A DNA stretch of 64,000 bases from a virus (Duplodnaviria > Caudoviricetes): positions 1 through 64,000 of the IMG/VR virus record IMGVR_UViG_3300037467_001904; one strand, written 5' to 3'. Under the pieces are notes generated by a model. It saw only the letters and a list, made by a program, of their open reading frames with translations, made no database searches and had not been told where the DNA came from. Made by a program: the position numbers and the translations under genes. Positions 7,508 to 16,739 of the stretch are shown here, piece after piece; positions within the stretch are counted from its first letter, which is position 1, and each line of letters starts with the position of its first letter.

Positions 7508-8437
7508 TCAAGCCTCTGCCGGCAGCAGGTCGTCGACGAGAGAACGAATGGTTTCCCGCTCGATCTCAAGTTCGGCAATTGGCTGTTTCCAAAGGCGCGG
7601 CCATTCATCCTTGACGAGCATGGCTTTGACCGCGAGACCGGCCGTCGTCTTTGCGCGACAGGCTCTGATTTTGGCCCTCAGAGGCCAGTCGAGTTCGTAG
7701 AGCTCCTCATCGCGAAGCTCTAGGCGGTTGAGGCCCGAGGTCTCGTCAAACTCGTCGAGGGCTTCTCTCCATTTGGCGGCCGCCTTCTGAAGCTCGGTCA
7801 GGCGATGGCTTCTCTCCGCTGCATGCATATGCTGCTCAAGATGCTTGATCTCGGAAATTCGAAATGGACAGAAGGTCTCGCCGTCGCTGTCCAAAATTCC
7901 GCGCCCGAACATCACGATATCGAGCGCGCCAGCGGACAAGCCAGTGCGATCAGCATGGATCAAATCCCGCTGCTCAGTCAGTCGCTCGACTTGCTCTTCG
8001 ATCCGCTGGCGTTCGGCCCGGATCGGTGCAAGCTGTGCCCCCAGCGCCAGCAGCTCAGCGTCAGGGTGCACCAGCGCCGCGCCGGCCGCGCTCTCCAGGA
8101 ACTCCAGGGTGCGACGGATGACGCTGCCGACGTTGCAGCCGTCAAGCTCGCGCCCGGATTCGTCTAAGGCGAAGGTCAGGGCCGCGATGGCACCCTGGAC
8201 GGTCTGGATTGCCGGTGCTCTATCCGAAAGTCGGCAAAGATAGGGGGCATAGGTCTCTTCGGCCGCCCGGCCGCTATACGGACCATCGGTGACTTCGTCG
8301 GGCAGCTCGTTATAGGCCTTGCAGCCATCCTGGTACGCCTTGATCAGGCGAATAATCGGCTCGTCGGCATCGTGCAGTTGCACGGGGGCGGGCACCGGCA
8401 ACGCGGCGGCCGGCGCGGAAACAACCTGCATATTCAT
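7508..8437 (-). CDS. First gene of the leftward early operon, helical hypothetical
   Basis: GGAG RBS before ATG 8437; long ORF. Confidence 0.65.
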   Translation of the reverse strand: MNMQVVSAPAAALPVPAPVQLHDADEPIIRLIKAYQDGCKAYNELPDEVTDGPYSGRAAEETYAPYLCRLSDRAPAIQTVQGAIAALTFALDESGRELDGCNVGSVIRRTLEFLESAAGAALVHPDAELLALGAQLAPIRAERQRIEEQVERLTEQRDLIHADRTGLSAGALDIVMFGRGILDSDGETFCPFRISEIKHLEQHMHAAERSHRLTELQKAAAKWREALDEFDETSGLNRLELRDEELYELDWPLRAKIRACRAKTTAGLAVKAMLVKDEWPRLWKQPIAELEIERETIRSLVDDLLPAEA

Positions 8438-8475
8438 GTGGCTCTCCATCCGGGGCGAGGCCCGGTATGGAGATC

Positions 8476-8526
8476 ATATTATCTGTAAAAATGCAGACGT
8501 CAATGATGAATATGTATTTTTACAGA
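8476..8526 (-). promoter_or_regulatory. Putative PL promoter/operator
   Basis: Minus strand TTGACG-N16-TAATAT; 11-bp inverted repeat TCTGTAAAAAT (8482) / ATTTTTACAGA (8516). Confidence 0.5.
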
Positions 8527-9254
8527 GATCGATATACGAACCTGACGTGACCTACGAATTTGACGTCAGTGCTCACTGGCAGGCCATCCTCGCCAATATC
8601 GACCTCAAGCGCTCCTCCCCACTTCGGGTCTGAGCTGACGTATTTGAAGGTCAGTTTGCTTCTAGTTTCTCTTTCTATTCGCATAGCCGAGCGCTCTTTC
8701 AGAAATCCCTGCTGTTGCTCGATAATGTAAATGCTTCCTACAAAATTCATTTCGACCTGTCCGGTGTAAACACATCTCAATGACTGTCCAGGAATGGCGA
8801 TTTTATTCAGAGAGCTTCCGCGAACTATCATATCAAATTGTCGATCTGGCTCGGTTTTGCCGAGAACAGGGAAATAATCGGTGAAATCAATCGGGCCCTG
8901 AGTTTCCGTTCTGGTGTCAACCCACACGCCAGGATCCACATAACCGAGTACGGGGATCAGGGTCTCTTCCTCGAGATGGATCGCTGTCTTGTTAGATTTC
9001 GTACTGCCGAACCCTAATAAGTCCTCAGGCGTCCAATGTAATGCGCTCGCAAGCTTTTCGAAATTTCGCCCTTGAACGCTAGATTTTCTACCATTCAAAA
9101 TGTCAGTAATAAATCCGCTTTTCAACCCAACCGATAAGGCTGCTTGTGTCGGGTTAATTTCTAGCTCTGTTAAGCGCCGCCTAACTTTCTCAGCTAGCTC
9201 CATAGCTTTGTTTTGTCGCTGCTTATACCAATCCGGCAGCTCATCGTCTGACAT
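8520..9254 (-). CDS. cI: CI-like repressor (XRE HTH + degenerate S24 domain)
   Basis: LEINPTQAALSVGLKSGFITDILNGRKSS HTH; VRGSSL; divergent from cro; AGGAGG RBS before ATG 9254. Confidence 0.85.
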   Translation of the reverse strand: MSDDELPDWYKQRQNKAMELAEKVRRRLTELEINPTQAALSVGLKSGFITDILNGRKSSVQGRNFEKLASALHWTPEDLLGFGSTKSNKTAIHLEEETLIPVLGYVDPGVWVDTRTETQGPIDFTDYFPVLGKTEPDRQFDMIVRGSSLNKIAIPGQSLRCVYTGQVEMNFVGSIYIIEQQQGFLKERSAMRIERETRSKLTFKYVSSDPKWGGALEVDIGEDGLPVSTDVKFVGHVRFVYRSL

Positions 9255-9373
9255 CGGGTCCACGCCTCCTCTTGTGAGTCGTGGAATTATCCAGACATCG
9301 GTGGCGAAAAGCCATCTGGACTTTTCCCGATCAATGTGCAAAATTCCAGATATTCAACCGAGTTCAGAATGTC
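9255..9373. promoter_or_regulatory. cI/cro divergent control region
   Basis: TCCAGA(C/T)AT-type half sites at 9290, 9314 (inverted) and 9344. Confidence 0.45.
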
Positions 9374-9628
9374 ATGGAAGAGATCCTTCGAGGTCACCTT
9401 GTGTCGCTAGCGACCGTCTACTCGCAGGCGACCGGTGCTTCCTTCACCGCAATCGGGAGCCGGGCTGTCAACTACTCCTATTTTTTCAATAGGGTGGCGG
9501 ATAGGAACGTCTCGCTCACGCTGCGTACGTATGACCGTGTGGTCGCTTGGTTTTCGGAGAATTGGCCAGAAACAGCGCCTTGGCCTGACGGGATTCATCG
9601 GCCTGCGGGCGCCGAGCAGGCCGCATGA
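9374..9628 (+). CDS. Cro-like protein
   Basis: Short, divergent from cI; LTLRTYDRVVAWFSENWP motif typical of rhizobial phage Cro-position proteins. Confidence 0.7.
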   Translation: MEEILRGHLVSLATVYSQATGASFTAIGSRAVNYSYFFNRVADRNVSLTLRTYDRVVAWFSENWPETAPWPDGIHRPAGAEQAA

Positions 9629-9850
9629 TCACCGCACCTCACCTCCAGCGCTCAGGGCCGAATATCGGTGTCCGATACCGGCGCGGGGGTAGGCGGTGCT
9701 GTTCAGTCCGCCTGACCTTCCGCTGCTTCGCGGATTGGTTCCGATCTCGCTTAGCCATCTCGGCAATCCAACGCATTTCGTCTCCTTCGAGATAGCGCGT
9801 CTCCCGGCAAGTTGCCGCGCCGTCCTCAGTTCAGTCACAGGTATTGAGCC

Positions 9851-10285
9851 ATGCTCACCGATATATCGCCGTACGCAGGAACCTCACCAGCGATGCGAAA
9901 AGCATCGTTGGAGATTGGCAGAGTGTACGATACCTCGAATTCAAGGCCGAGACGGAATAATTCCTTTTTCGGAATTTACACCGGTGACGAACTTCGCGAT
10001 CGAGTCGTCGCTTTTCTTCGTAAGATCTATGCAAACAAGCCTGCTGACAACGCAGCGGCAGATATCGGTTTGCCGCCTGACACCGTGAAGAAATGGTTCG
10101 CCCAGCAGAATTCTCCCAATGGGCTGGCCGTTATTCGCCTGGTCGGCGCCTACGGGCCCGAGCTTCTGTGCGCGATCATGAAGGATCCGCCTGACTGGCT
10201 CGACGAGACCAAGCGGGATCGGGAACGCGCCGCCTTGCGAGAACAGCAGGCTCGGATCGCCAAACGCCTGGAGCAGCTTTCTTGA
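9851..10285 (+). CDS. CII-position HTH regulator (start uncertain)
   Basis: AAADIGLPPDTVKKWFAQQNSPNGLAVIRLVGAYG. Confidence 0.6.
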   Translation: MLTDISPYAGTSPAMRKASLEIGRVYDTSNSRPRRNNSFFGIYTGDELRDRVVAFLRKIYANKPADNAAADIGLPPDTVKKWFAQQNSPNGLAVIRLVGAYGPELLCAIMKDPPDWLDETKRDRERAALREQQARIAKRLEQLS

Positions 10286-10434
10286 GAGCGATCGCGATCA
10301 TCTTGCTCGCCGGCCTCGACGCCGTGCTCATCTTTCTCGCCCGCGGTGGCCATTGGTTCAGCGTCTGGTGTGTCGGCGGGTCCGACGCAATCCGGAAGCT
10401 CATCACAAAATTGAAGCGGTAGGGGAGAGGCGGC

Positions 10435-10857
10435 GTGCTGGAACCTCCAACCCGTTTCGACCTGGTCCAGATCCTGAGTGCCGCTCTGCGCGAGCTGGCG
10501 ACGGATCTCGGCTATCGCATTTCTGATAGCGCCGAATGCTCCGACACGGTGGTGTTGGAGACGGCGAAGACGATTGACGGCCGCTCTGTTGAGCTTGTGG
10601 TGTCGATGGAATTCCACGGCGCTGCGCTCCAGATTGCTATCACCATCGACCCCATCGGCTGGGATCAGAAGACCTCCGCTCAGATAGACGCCTATTTCGG
10701 CTGGGCCCACCGGCAGAAGGGCGCCGGCATCGTTCCTGTCCATTTTACCGGTACCGAGATCAATGCGGCGCCGCTGCTGTGCGCCGACCAGATCCTGAAC
10801 CACGTCATCGATTTTCAGACCGGCCGCATCGTCGCGGCAGCATCGGGTGCAGCATGA
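10435..10857 (+). CDS. Hypothetical protein
   Basis: GGAG RBS, GTG start, coupled to the next gene. Confidence 0.55.
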   Translation: MLEPPTRFDLVQILSAALRELATDLGYRISDSAECSDTVVLETAKTIDGRSVELVVSMEFHGAALQIAITIDPIGWDQKTSAQIDAYFGWAHRQKGAGIVPVHFTGTEINAAPLLCADQILNHVIDFQTGRIVAAASGAA

Positions 10858-11234
10858 GCGTCGTGAACTTCCCCCAACCACGGAAGCCTAGAATGTCCAG
10901 CGACCAGGACTATGACGACAATAATCCGTTCCCGGGCGAGAGAGGAATCGACCCCTATGAGGATCTCAGGCAGGTCGTCATTCCAGACCAAGCTGCGGTA
11001 TCGATCCTGATTAAGGACGACGAGATTGAGTTGGCCCAGGCTGTGCCGACTTCCGAGCAAGGGTCCTGCGAGTTCGACCATTACATCATTCGGATCCAGC
11101 CCCAGAACATCGATGCGCTTATCCGCGCCCTGCGGGGGGCTAAGCAGCGGTACGCGTTATTTCCCAGCCCTCTCGACAAAGTCACTGACGCAGAACTGTC
11201 GCGCCCTCTCACCGACGAAGAGATGCCGCTGTAA
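10854..11234 (+). CDS. Hypothetical protein
   Basis: ATGA overlap with the previous stop. Confidence 0.55.
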   Translation: MSVVNFPQPRKPRMSSDQDYDDNNPFPGERGIDPYEDLRQVVIPDQAAVSILIKDDEIELAQAVPTSEQGSCEFDHYIIRIQPQNIDALIRALRGAKQRYALFPSPLDKVTDAELSRPLTDEEMPL

Positions 11235-11319
11235 TGGCTCGTTGGTGTCGCTCCTTTGACGGGACCGTATCGGATCCCAAGCCAGCTGAGGCCGCGATCG
11301 TCCGCGGGTCGGTGCCGGC

Positions 11320-12114
11320 ATGAAGGGCGAGTTCTACAAGATGGAATATGAGTCCTGGGACGAGGGGACAGAGCTCCTGACCCTTGAGCAGGAAGGCGCG
11401 TACCTGCGCTTTTGCCACCAGATGTATCGGCGCAAGTCCCCCGTCGTCGATGACAAGACTGCTCTCGGACGGCTCTGGAAATGCCACCCCAACAAGGCAG
11501 TGAAACTCCGCAACGACCTCCTCCTGGCCGGCAAAATTGTCGAGACAGGCGACGGACACCTGACCAACACCCGGGTGACACAGGAGCTAGACGCACGGGA
11601 GACAGTGTCGACACAGAAGTCACACATCGGCAGGACAGGTGGAATACGCAGCGGGGTATCTCGTCGTAAGTCATTGAAAAATAACGATGTGAGTGAAGCA
11701 ACTGCTTCAAGCAAAACGAACGAGAGAAGAGAAGAGAAGAATAGAGAAGAAGATCTCTCTGTAGCCTCTCTTGATGATCCAGGCCGGGAAGCCTCGCCAA
11801 TGGGCTCGGCCACAAAGCCGTCGGTTTCGAAAAATAGTCGGGGCACTCGATTGCCTTCCGACTGGGCCCTGACCCCGGAATGGCGAGCATATGCGGAGCA
11901 ACAGGGGTTCGCCGGCATCGAGATCGAACGCATGGCCGACCGGTTTTCCAACTACTGGCGCGCCGAGTCGGGGAAAAAGGCCGTGAAGCTCGACTGGTTC
12001 GCGACCTGGCGAAATTGGGTCCTGAACGATCTCAACCGCAGGCCAGACCAGAGGAATACGCCAGGAAGATCGGCCCAGCAGTCGATGCCTGGCGTGCATT
12101 GGAGGCCCTTGTGA
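11320..12114 (+). CDS. Replication initiator, YdaU/DUF1376-like
   Basis: FYKMEYESWDEGTELLTLEQEGAYLR...MY N-terminus; C-terminal FSNYW...KLDWFATWRNW. Confidence 0.75.
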   Translation: MKGEFYKMEYESWDEGTELLTLEQEGAYLRFCHQMYRRKSPVVDDKTALGRLWKCHPNKAVKLRNDLLLAGKIVETGDGHLTNTRVTQELDARETVSTQKSHIGRTGGIRSGVSRRKSLKNNDVSEATASSKTNERREEKNREEDLSVASLDDPGREASPMGSATKPSVSKNSRGTRLPSDWALTPEWRAYAEQQGFAGIEIERMADRFSNYWRAESGKKAVKLDWFATWRNWVLNDLNRRPDQRNTPGRSAQQSMPGVHWRPL

Positions 12115-12115
12115 C

Positions 12116-12418
12116 ATGCCCGACTACCGCACCCTGCTCGGCCGTGTCCGGTGCGACCCATCCACGTTTCACGGCAGTCGAATGTTCCTCTGCCCTGAGT
12201 GCTCTCACCTTCGGAAGAAAAAGGGAATCAAATGCTTATCGGTGAAATCGGAGCCAGAAGGGTTCGTTTTCCACTGCCATCACTGCGGATGGTCCGGAGG
12301 TGAGCGGCATGAACACGGCAGTGCTTGGCCCCCTAGGAATCAAGGCGTTCGAAGCCAGGGGCATCAACGTCGAAACGGCGGTGAAATTCGGGATCTATAC
12401 CGCTCGCACCACCGGTGA
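12116..12418 (+). CDS. Stand-alone primase zinc-binding domain
   Basis: CPECSHLRKKKGIKCLSV...FHCHHCGWSG. Confidence 0.7.
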   Translation: MPDYRTLLGRVRCDPSTFHGSRMFLCPECSHLRKKKGIKCLSVKSEPEGFVFHCHHCGWSGGERHEHGSAWPPRNQGVRSQGHQRRNGGEIRDLYRSHHR

Positions 12419-13895
12419 CATCTCACCCGGAAAACCGATCTTGGCCGATCCGAACGGCAATATCGTCGTTTTTCCGTTCGTCGAACATGGCAACGTTGTT
12501 GCCGAGAAGTATCGGGCACCGAACAAGGTCTTCTGGCAGCGAAAGGGAGGCAAACGAACCTTCTGGAATTCCGATGTCCTCGACGATCCCGCCCTGGAAG
12601 CCGGTACCGCTGCCCTGGTTATCACCGAAGGTGAGATCGATGCGTTGACGGCGATCGATTGCGGCTTCCCCTTCACGGTGTCGGTGCCGGATGGAGCGCC
12701 GGCCGTGCGAGACGGAGAGAGCCCAAGCGATCTCAAGCCCACAGATCCCGAGACCGAGAAGACAGGAAAGTTCGAGTTCGTCTGGAACAACCGGGAGCGT
12801 TTGAAGAAGATCAAGCGGTTCATTCTGGCGGTCGATAACGACGACCCAGGAAAGCGCCTCGAGGCGGAATTGTTGCGGCGTCTGTCTGCCGCGCGATGCA
12901 TGTTCGTGACTTATCCAGAGGGGTGTAAGGATCTCTCGGATGTCCGCCAAAAATACGGTGCAGAGGCTGTCGCAAAGTGCCTGAACGGCGCCATGCCATA
13001 CCCCGTGCGAGGCCTCTATCGCCTCGATGATTATCCCGAACTGCCTCAGCCGGAAACCTTCTCCACCGGCTTCTCCGATCTCGACAGCCATCTGAGGTTC
13101 TGGCTGGGCGAATTGGTGGTTGTCACCGGCATACCTGGCAGCGGAAAGAGCTCCTGGATCATCAACGTCTGTACGAGAATGGCGACGCTGTACGGTTGGA
13201 CGGTCGCCATGGCCTCATTTGAGATCCCGACAGTCCCGACCTTGCGCGACAAGATCCGGATGGCCAAGACCGGCCTGCCCCCTGAAGGCTGGTCCAACAT
13301 CTCCAAATGCGACGCCTGGATAAGGCAGCATTTCGTCTTCATCGATGACGATCCTACGGGGGATGACGATGAGGAAATGACCCTGGAGTGGGTGCTCGAC
13401 CGTGCTGCAGATGCTGTCTTGCGGGATGGAATCCGGATGCTCGTCGTCGATCCCTGGAACGAGATCGAACATTCCAGGCCACGCGGCGAGAGCGAGACTG
13501 ATTATTACAACAGGGCCGTGAGAGCATGCCGACGTTTCGCGGCTCGCTACCAGGTCCTTGTGATTATCCTTGCCCATCCCACCAAGGATGTTGGCAAGGA
13601 CGGCAGTGCCCGTGTCCCCACTCCCTACGACATTGCCGGCAGCGCAGCATGGTTCAATAAGCCAGACCATTGCATCACGGTCGACGTTCCAGACGCCCAC
13701 AACAACGAGACGGTCATCTGGGTAAAAAAGGTTCGCTTCAATTGGTCGGGCAAAAGAGGGGATGTGACCCTTCGATACCTTCCTTTGATCGAGAGCTACG
13801 ACACCCTGCACGGCATGACACCGGTATGGAAGCTCCCGAAGGACGACCCTCGGGGGAAAGGCAACGAAAAATCGAAAAGCGAGAAACTCCTATGA
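12309..13895 (+). CDS. TOPRIM primase + SF4 helicase (T7 gp4/Twinkle-like)
   Basis: ITEGEIDA, AVDNDDPG, CKDLSD; Walker A GIPGSGKS; LVVDPWN; GGAGG RBS 8 nt before ATG 12309. Confidence 0.9.
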   Translation: MNTAVLGPLGIKAFEARGINVETAVKFGIYTARTTGDISPGKPILADPNGNIVVFPFVEHGNVVAEKYRAPNKVFWQRKGGKRTFWNSDVLDDPALEAGTAALVITEGEIDALTAIDCGFPFTVSVPDGAPAVRDGESPSDLKPTDPETEKTGKFEFVWNNRERLKKIKRFILAVDNDDPGKRLEAELLRRLSAARCMFVTYPEGCKDLSDVRQKYGAEAVAKCLNGAMPYPVRGLYRLDDYPELPQPETFSTGFSDLDSHLRFWLGELVVVTGIPGSGKSSWIINVCTRMATLYGWTVAMASFEIPTVPTLRDKIRMAKTGLPPEGWSNISKCDAWIRQHFVFIDDDPTGDDDEEMTLEWVLDRAADAVLRDGIRMLVVDPWNEIEHSRPRGESETDYYNRAVRACRRFAARYQVLVIILAHPTKDVGKDGSARVPTPYDIAGSAAWFNKPDHCITVDVPDAHNNETVIWVKKVRFNWSGKRGDVTLRYLPLIESYDTLHGMTPVWKLPKDDPRGKGNEKSKSEKLL

Positions 13896-14245
13896 TCGCA
13901 TTGATCCCAGAAAAGAGGGCGATGGTAGTCTGGAACACGATCGGAACAGGCGTTCAGCCAAGCGATGACGTCGTGGTGCATGAGTATCGCGATGCCAAGA
14001 TGACCTTGGGCACCCATGATTGCAGCGCCGGAGCGTGCGGTGCTGGCTGGTGCGAGGCCGATCATCCCCGCGATAATCCAGCCGGTCTTTTTGCCAGCAT
14101 CATTTTTGACGCTCCGGCTCCAGCCAGCCGACCGGTCATTCGCGCGTGGCTGGAGCAATTTGCGAAAATCGACAGCTGTGAATGGGCCCGACAGATGCTT
14201 ATGCAAATGGTCGAGTTCGATCGCCGGAATCGGGGGGCAGAGTGA
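13892..14245 (+). CDS. Hypothetical protein
   Basis: Coupled to the helicase stop. Confidence 0.55.
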   Translation: MIALIPEKRAMVVWNTIGTGVQPSDDVVVHEYRDAKMTLGTHDCSAGACGAGWCEADHPRDNPAGLFASIIFDAPAPASRPVIRAWLEQFAKIDSCEWARQMLMQMVEFDRRNRGAE

Positions 14246-14580
14246 CAGAGCCCCCCTTCAGCGCGCTCTCAAGGCGCGAGAAGCTCGCCCGTATCCTGCC
14301 GATGCTGGAGGAAGGCTGCTCCTCCCAGGAGATCGCCGACCGTGTCGGCATGACGCGCCAGGGCGTATGCAGGATGCTGAAGCGCGCCGATATCCCCATC
14401 GGCCGCCGCGGTGCCACCCGGCGCGTTGGCGCTTTCATTCCGCACCGGACATTCGGCGTCATCGCCGAGATCGCGAAGGAGGCCGGCGTGTCACGGTCGA
14501 CAATGATCAAGCGCATCGTCGAGGCAGTGTGTTCGTCGCCGACCGACGCGCGGCGGTTCCTGGGTAAACTGGCGCGCTGA
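14242..14580 (+). CDS. HTH-containing hypothetical
   Basis: GCSSQEIADRVGMTRQGVCRMLKR. Confidence 0.6.
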   Translation: MTEPPFSALSRREKLARILPMLEEGCSSQEIADRVGMTRQGVCRMLKRADIPIGRRGATRRVGAFIPHRTFGVIAEIAKEAGVSRSTMIKRIVEAVCSSPTDARRFLGKLAR

Positions 14581-14590
14581 GGGCAATATC

Positions 14591-15265
14591 TTGAACGTGC
14601 ACACTTCGATCTGGACACCCGACCTCGTTAAGAAATGCATGGTCGACGCCTTCAAGACCCTGAGGCAGATCCCGGGCAATGTTGGGCCGGCCGGCTTCAA
14701 GACCGGCTGGCCGGCGATCGTGCGAGAGATGGAAGAGCTCTGGTATTCCCAGCCCGATCCCGCCGCGGAAACCCGGCTTCCGCCGAACAAGGCAAGGATC
14801 GGCCTCATGGAAGAGGCGTTGCGTTGGCCGGCCCGCTACCTGCTCGATTTTCCAAAGGGCGCCGACGCCTTGAACCTCTGGGCAATCTGCAAGGCTTGGC
14901 GCATCAACATGGAGGCGGTGCTGGAGGTTAGGTCGGAAAAGGCCAAGGCCATTGCCAAGATAGCCGAGCGCGAGATCAACGAGCGGCGTGCGGCCGGCCG
15001 GAAGGCAGTTGCATCGGAGCCGGCGAACTGGGCGAACAAGAAGGTGTTCCTGTCTGACGGTTCAGCCGAAGCCAAAGACCGGATTGTGGCCAACGCCTTG
15101 ATACGCCTCGAGCGTGATCTCTCGAAGAGGGGCCTGGTGCAGCCGAAAATCTGGGTCAAGCCGTCCGACGTCTCTCCCGACAAGGTCCTGAGTGAGAAGG
15201 ACATGCGGGATAAGCGCGACGATGCCGCCCAACTGATCGCGGACCGGTTGGCACGCCGAACTTAA
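14591..15265 (+). CDS. DUF6362-like protein at the late-regulator (Q) position
   Basis: WTPDLV...GPAGFKTGWP...RLPPNKARIGLMEEALRW; last gene of the rightward early operon. Confidence 0.55.
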   Translation: MNVHTSIWTPDLVKKCMVDAFKTLRQIPGNVGPAGFKTGWPAIVREMEELWYSQPDPAAETRLPPNKARIGLMEEALRWPARYLLDFPKGADALNLWAICKAWRINMEAVLEVRSEKAKAIAKIAEREINERRAAGRKAVASEPANWANKKVFLSDGSAEAKDRIVANALIRLERDLSKRGLVQPKIWVKPSDVSPDKVLSEKDMRDKRDDAAQLIADRLARRT

Positions 15266-15870
15266 GGCTTCCCCACCATGAGCATTTGAGCGAGCCGGGC
15301 ACCCTCGGCATTCCTCTTTTCACGCTCCTCGATAGCCTTCTCCATAAAGGGCCTTGGATTCCATCTCGAATAATCTGGGCCGGCGAGCTTGTAGAAGCTG
15401 CGAATATCCCGCGCCAAATCCAAGGCGATCAAGCCGACCCGACCATATTGGTAGCTCTGCTCCTCATAGTGCTCCCCGAGATCTGGTGGACCGACAATGC
15501 TGTCTACGACGAACTGGATGGAATTCCGCGCCAAGAAAAGTTCGTTCGGCAGTGCCATGATCCGGTAAAGAAGCCCGCTTTCCACTGAGCGCCAGTCCAC
15601 ATCAGCCGGCAGTTCGAACATGGGGAATTCCACCCCCGGATGAAACTCACCGTCTGGCGTATATACACCTTCATCTCCAACCATGTCGCAACAACGGACC
15701 ACAAGTCGATCGAGCGCCGTAACCGTTCGGATGGCGGCAAAGGTCCCAAGCCTTGATTGCTCTCTGTCGTCGCGATTCCGTGACAGATAGTGCGACCAAT
15801 AGGTCACGCCGACCGTTCCGACCGTGGTCAACCCGGCCGTCAGCAGTATTGTCCAAAGCCCGGTTTCCAT
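15262..15870 (-). CDS. Accessory membrane-anchored hypothetical
   Basis: N-terminal TM (LWTILLTAGLTTVGTVGVTYW); lower GC; downstream of higBA. Confidence 0.6.
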   Translation of the reverse strand: METGLWTILLTAGLTTVGTVGVTYWSHYLSRNRDDREQSRLGTFAAIRTVTALDRLVVRCCDMVGDEGVYTPDGEFHPGVEFPMFELPADVDWRSVESGLLYRIMALPNELFLARNSIQFVVDSIVGPPDLGEHYEEQSYQYGRVGLIALDLARDIRSFYKLAGPDYSRWNPRPFMEKAIEEREKRNAEGARLAQMLMVGKP

Positions 15871-15871
15871 T

Positions 15872-16201
15872 TCAGCTCGCGACCGCCACCGGCGCGTAAT
15901 TCTTGTTGACCTCTTCAACGACGTCGGGGTGCTTCTCGATCACCCGCAGGAGGGTTGCGGCGGCGGGATCCGGAGCGCGCCGGCCTTGCTCCCAGTTCTC
16001 GACCGTACGTGCCGGGATACCGAAACGCTCGGCGAACTCCTTGGGCGACTTCGCCACGCCTTTGCGGATCTCCTTCACCCGCTCAGCCGTCATCGCCGGG
16101 ACCTTCCGGACCTCGAGCGCGACCTCGCCGCGCTTCCAGGCAACCGCCTCCTTCATGCCCTCGATCAGATCCCGGCCGAAATCAGTGTCTTCCTTGCTCA
16201 T
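15872..16201 (-). CDS. higA: HigA-type antitoxin (XRE HTH)
   Basis: DLIEGMKEAVAW...FAERFGIPARTVENWEQGRRAPDPAA. Confidence 0.85.
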   Translation of the reverse strand: MSKEDTDFGRDLIEGMKEAVAWKRGEVALEVRKVPAMTAERVKEIRKGVAKSPKEFAERFGIPARTVENWEQGRRAPDPAAATLLRVIEKHPDVVEEVNKNYAPVAVAS

Positions 16202-16518
16202 TGCGTCAACTCCTTAGCCAAGGCAGTCAGGGCTTTCTTCTGGGCTTCCGATAGGTCCGACTGATCGGCCTTGGCGTAAGCGGCCAGCATGAACACCACG
16301 TCTTCTGCCCACCACACGAAATAGATCGCCCGGCCACCACCGCGCTTGCCGCGCCCCGCCATAGCGAACCGAACCTTGCGGATGCCGCCGGTACCGGGGA
16401 TGACGTCACCAGCTTCCGGATCGGCCAGGACGGCGGTTTCCATTTCCTCGATGTCGCTCTTGCTGGCGCCGAGCTTCTTGAGGGTGCGGAGGTAGGGGGT
16501 GGTGCGAACGATTTCCAT
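16198..16518 (-). CDS. higB: HigB/RelE-type toxin
   Basis: PEAGDVIPGTGGIRKVRF...GKRGGGRAIYF...MLAAYAK; toxin-first order. Confidence 0.88.
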   Translation of the reverse strand: MEIVRTTPYLRTLKKLGASKSDIEEMETAVLADPEAGDVIPGTGGIRKVRFAMAGRGKRGGGRAIYFVWWAEDVVFMLAAYAKADQSDLSEAQKKALTALAKELTQ

Positions 16519-16527
16519 GACCACTAT

Positions 16528-16578
16528 ATACGCCAATAGCGTATTTACAAGCAAGAGAAAAATACGTCATCGGCGTAT
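16528..16578. promoter_or_regulatory. Two ATACG-N7-CGTAT palindromes: putative HigA operators over the higBA promoter
   Basis: ATACGccaatagCGTAT (16528-16544) and ATACGtcatcggCGTAT (16562-16578). Confidence 0.65.
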
Positions 16579-16739
16579 TTTTTAGGTGGCAGCCCAGGAA
16601 AATATCGCCGCTATGCAACCACCTATGGAGTGTTGCATAGCCATTTTGAGGCCCGAACTTTCTGCACGACTTTTCGGGCGAATATGGGCATCTTTTTATC
16701 AGCTTCGCGAGACGTGCGGTTGAGACACACTGCACTCCA

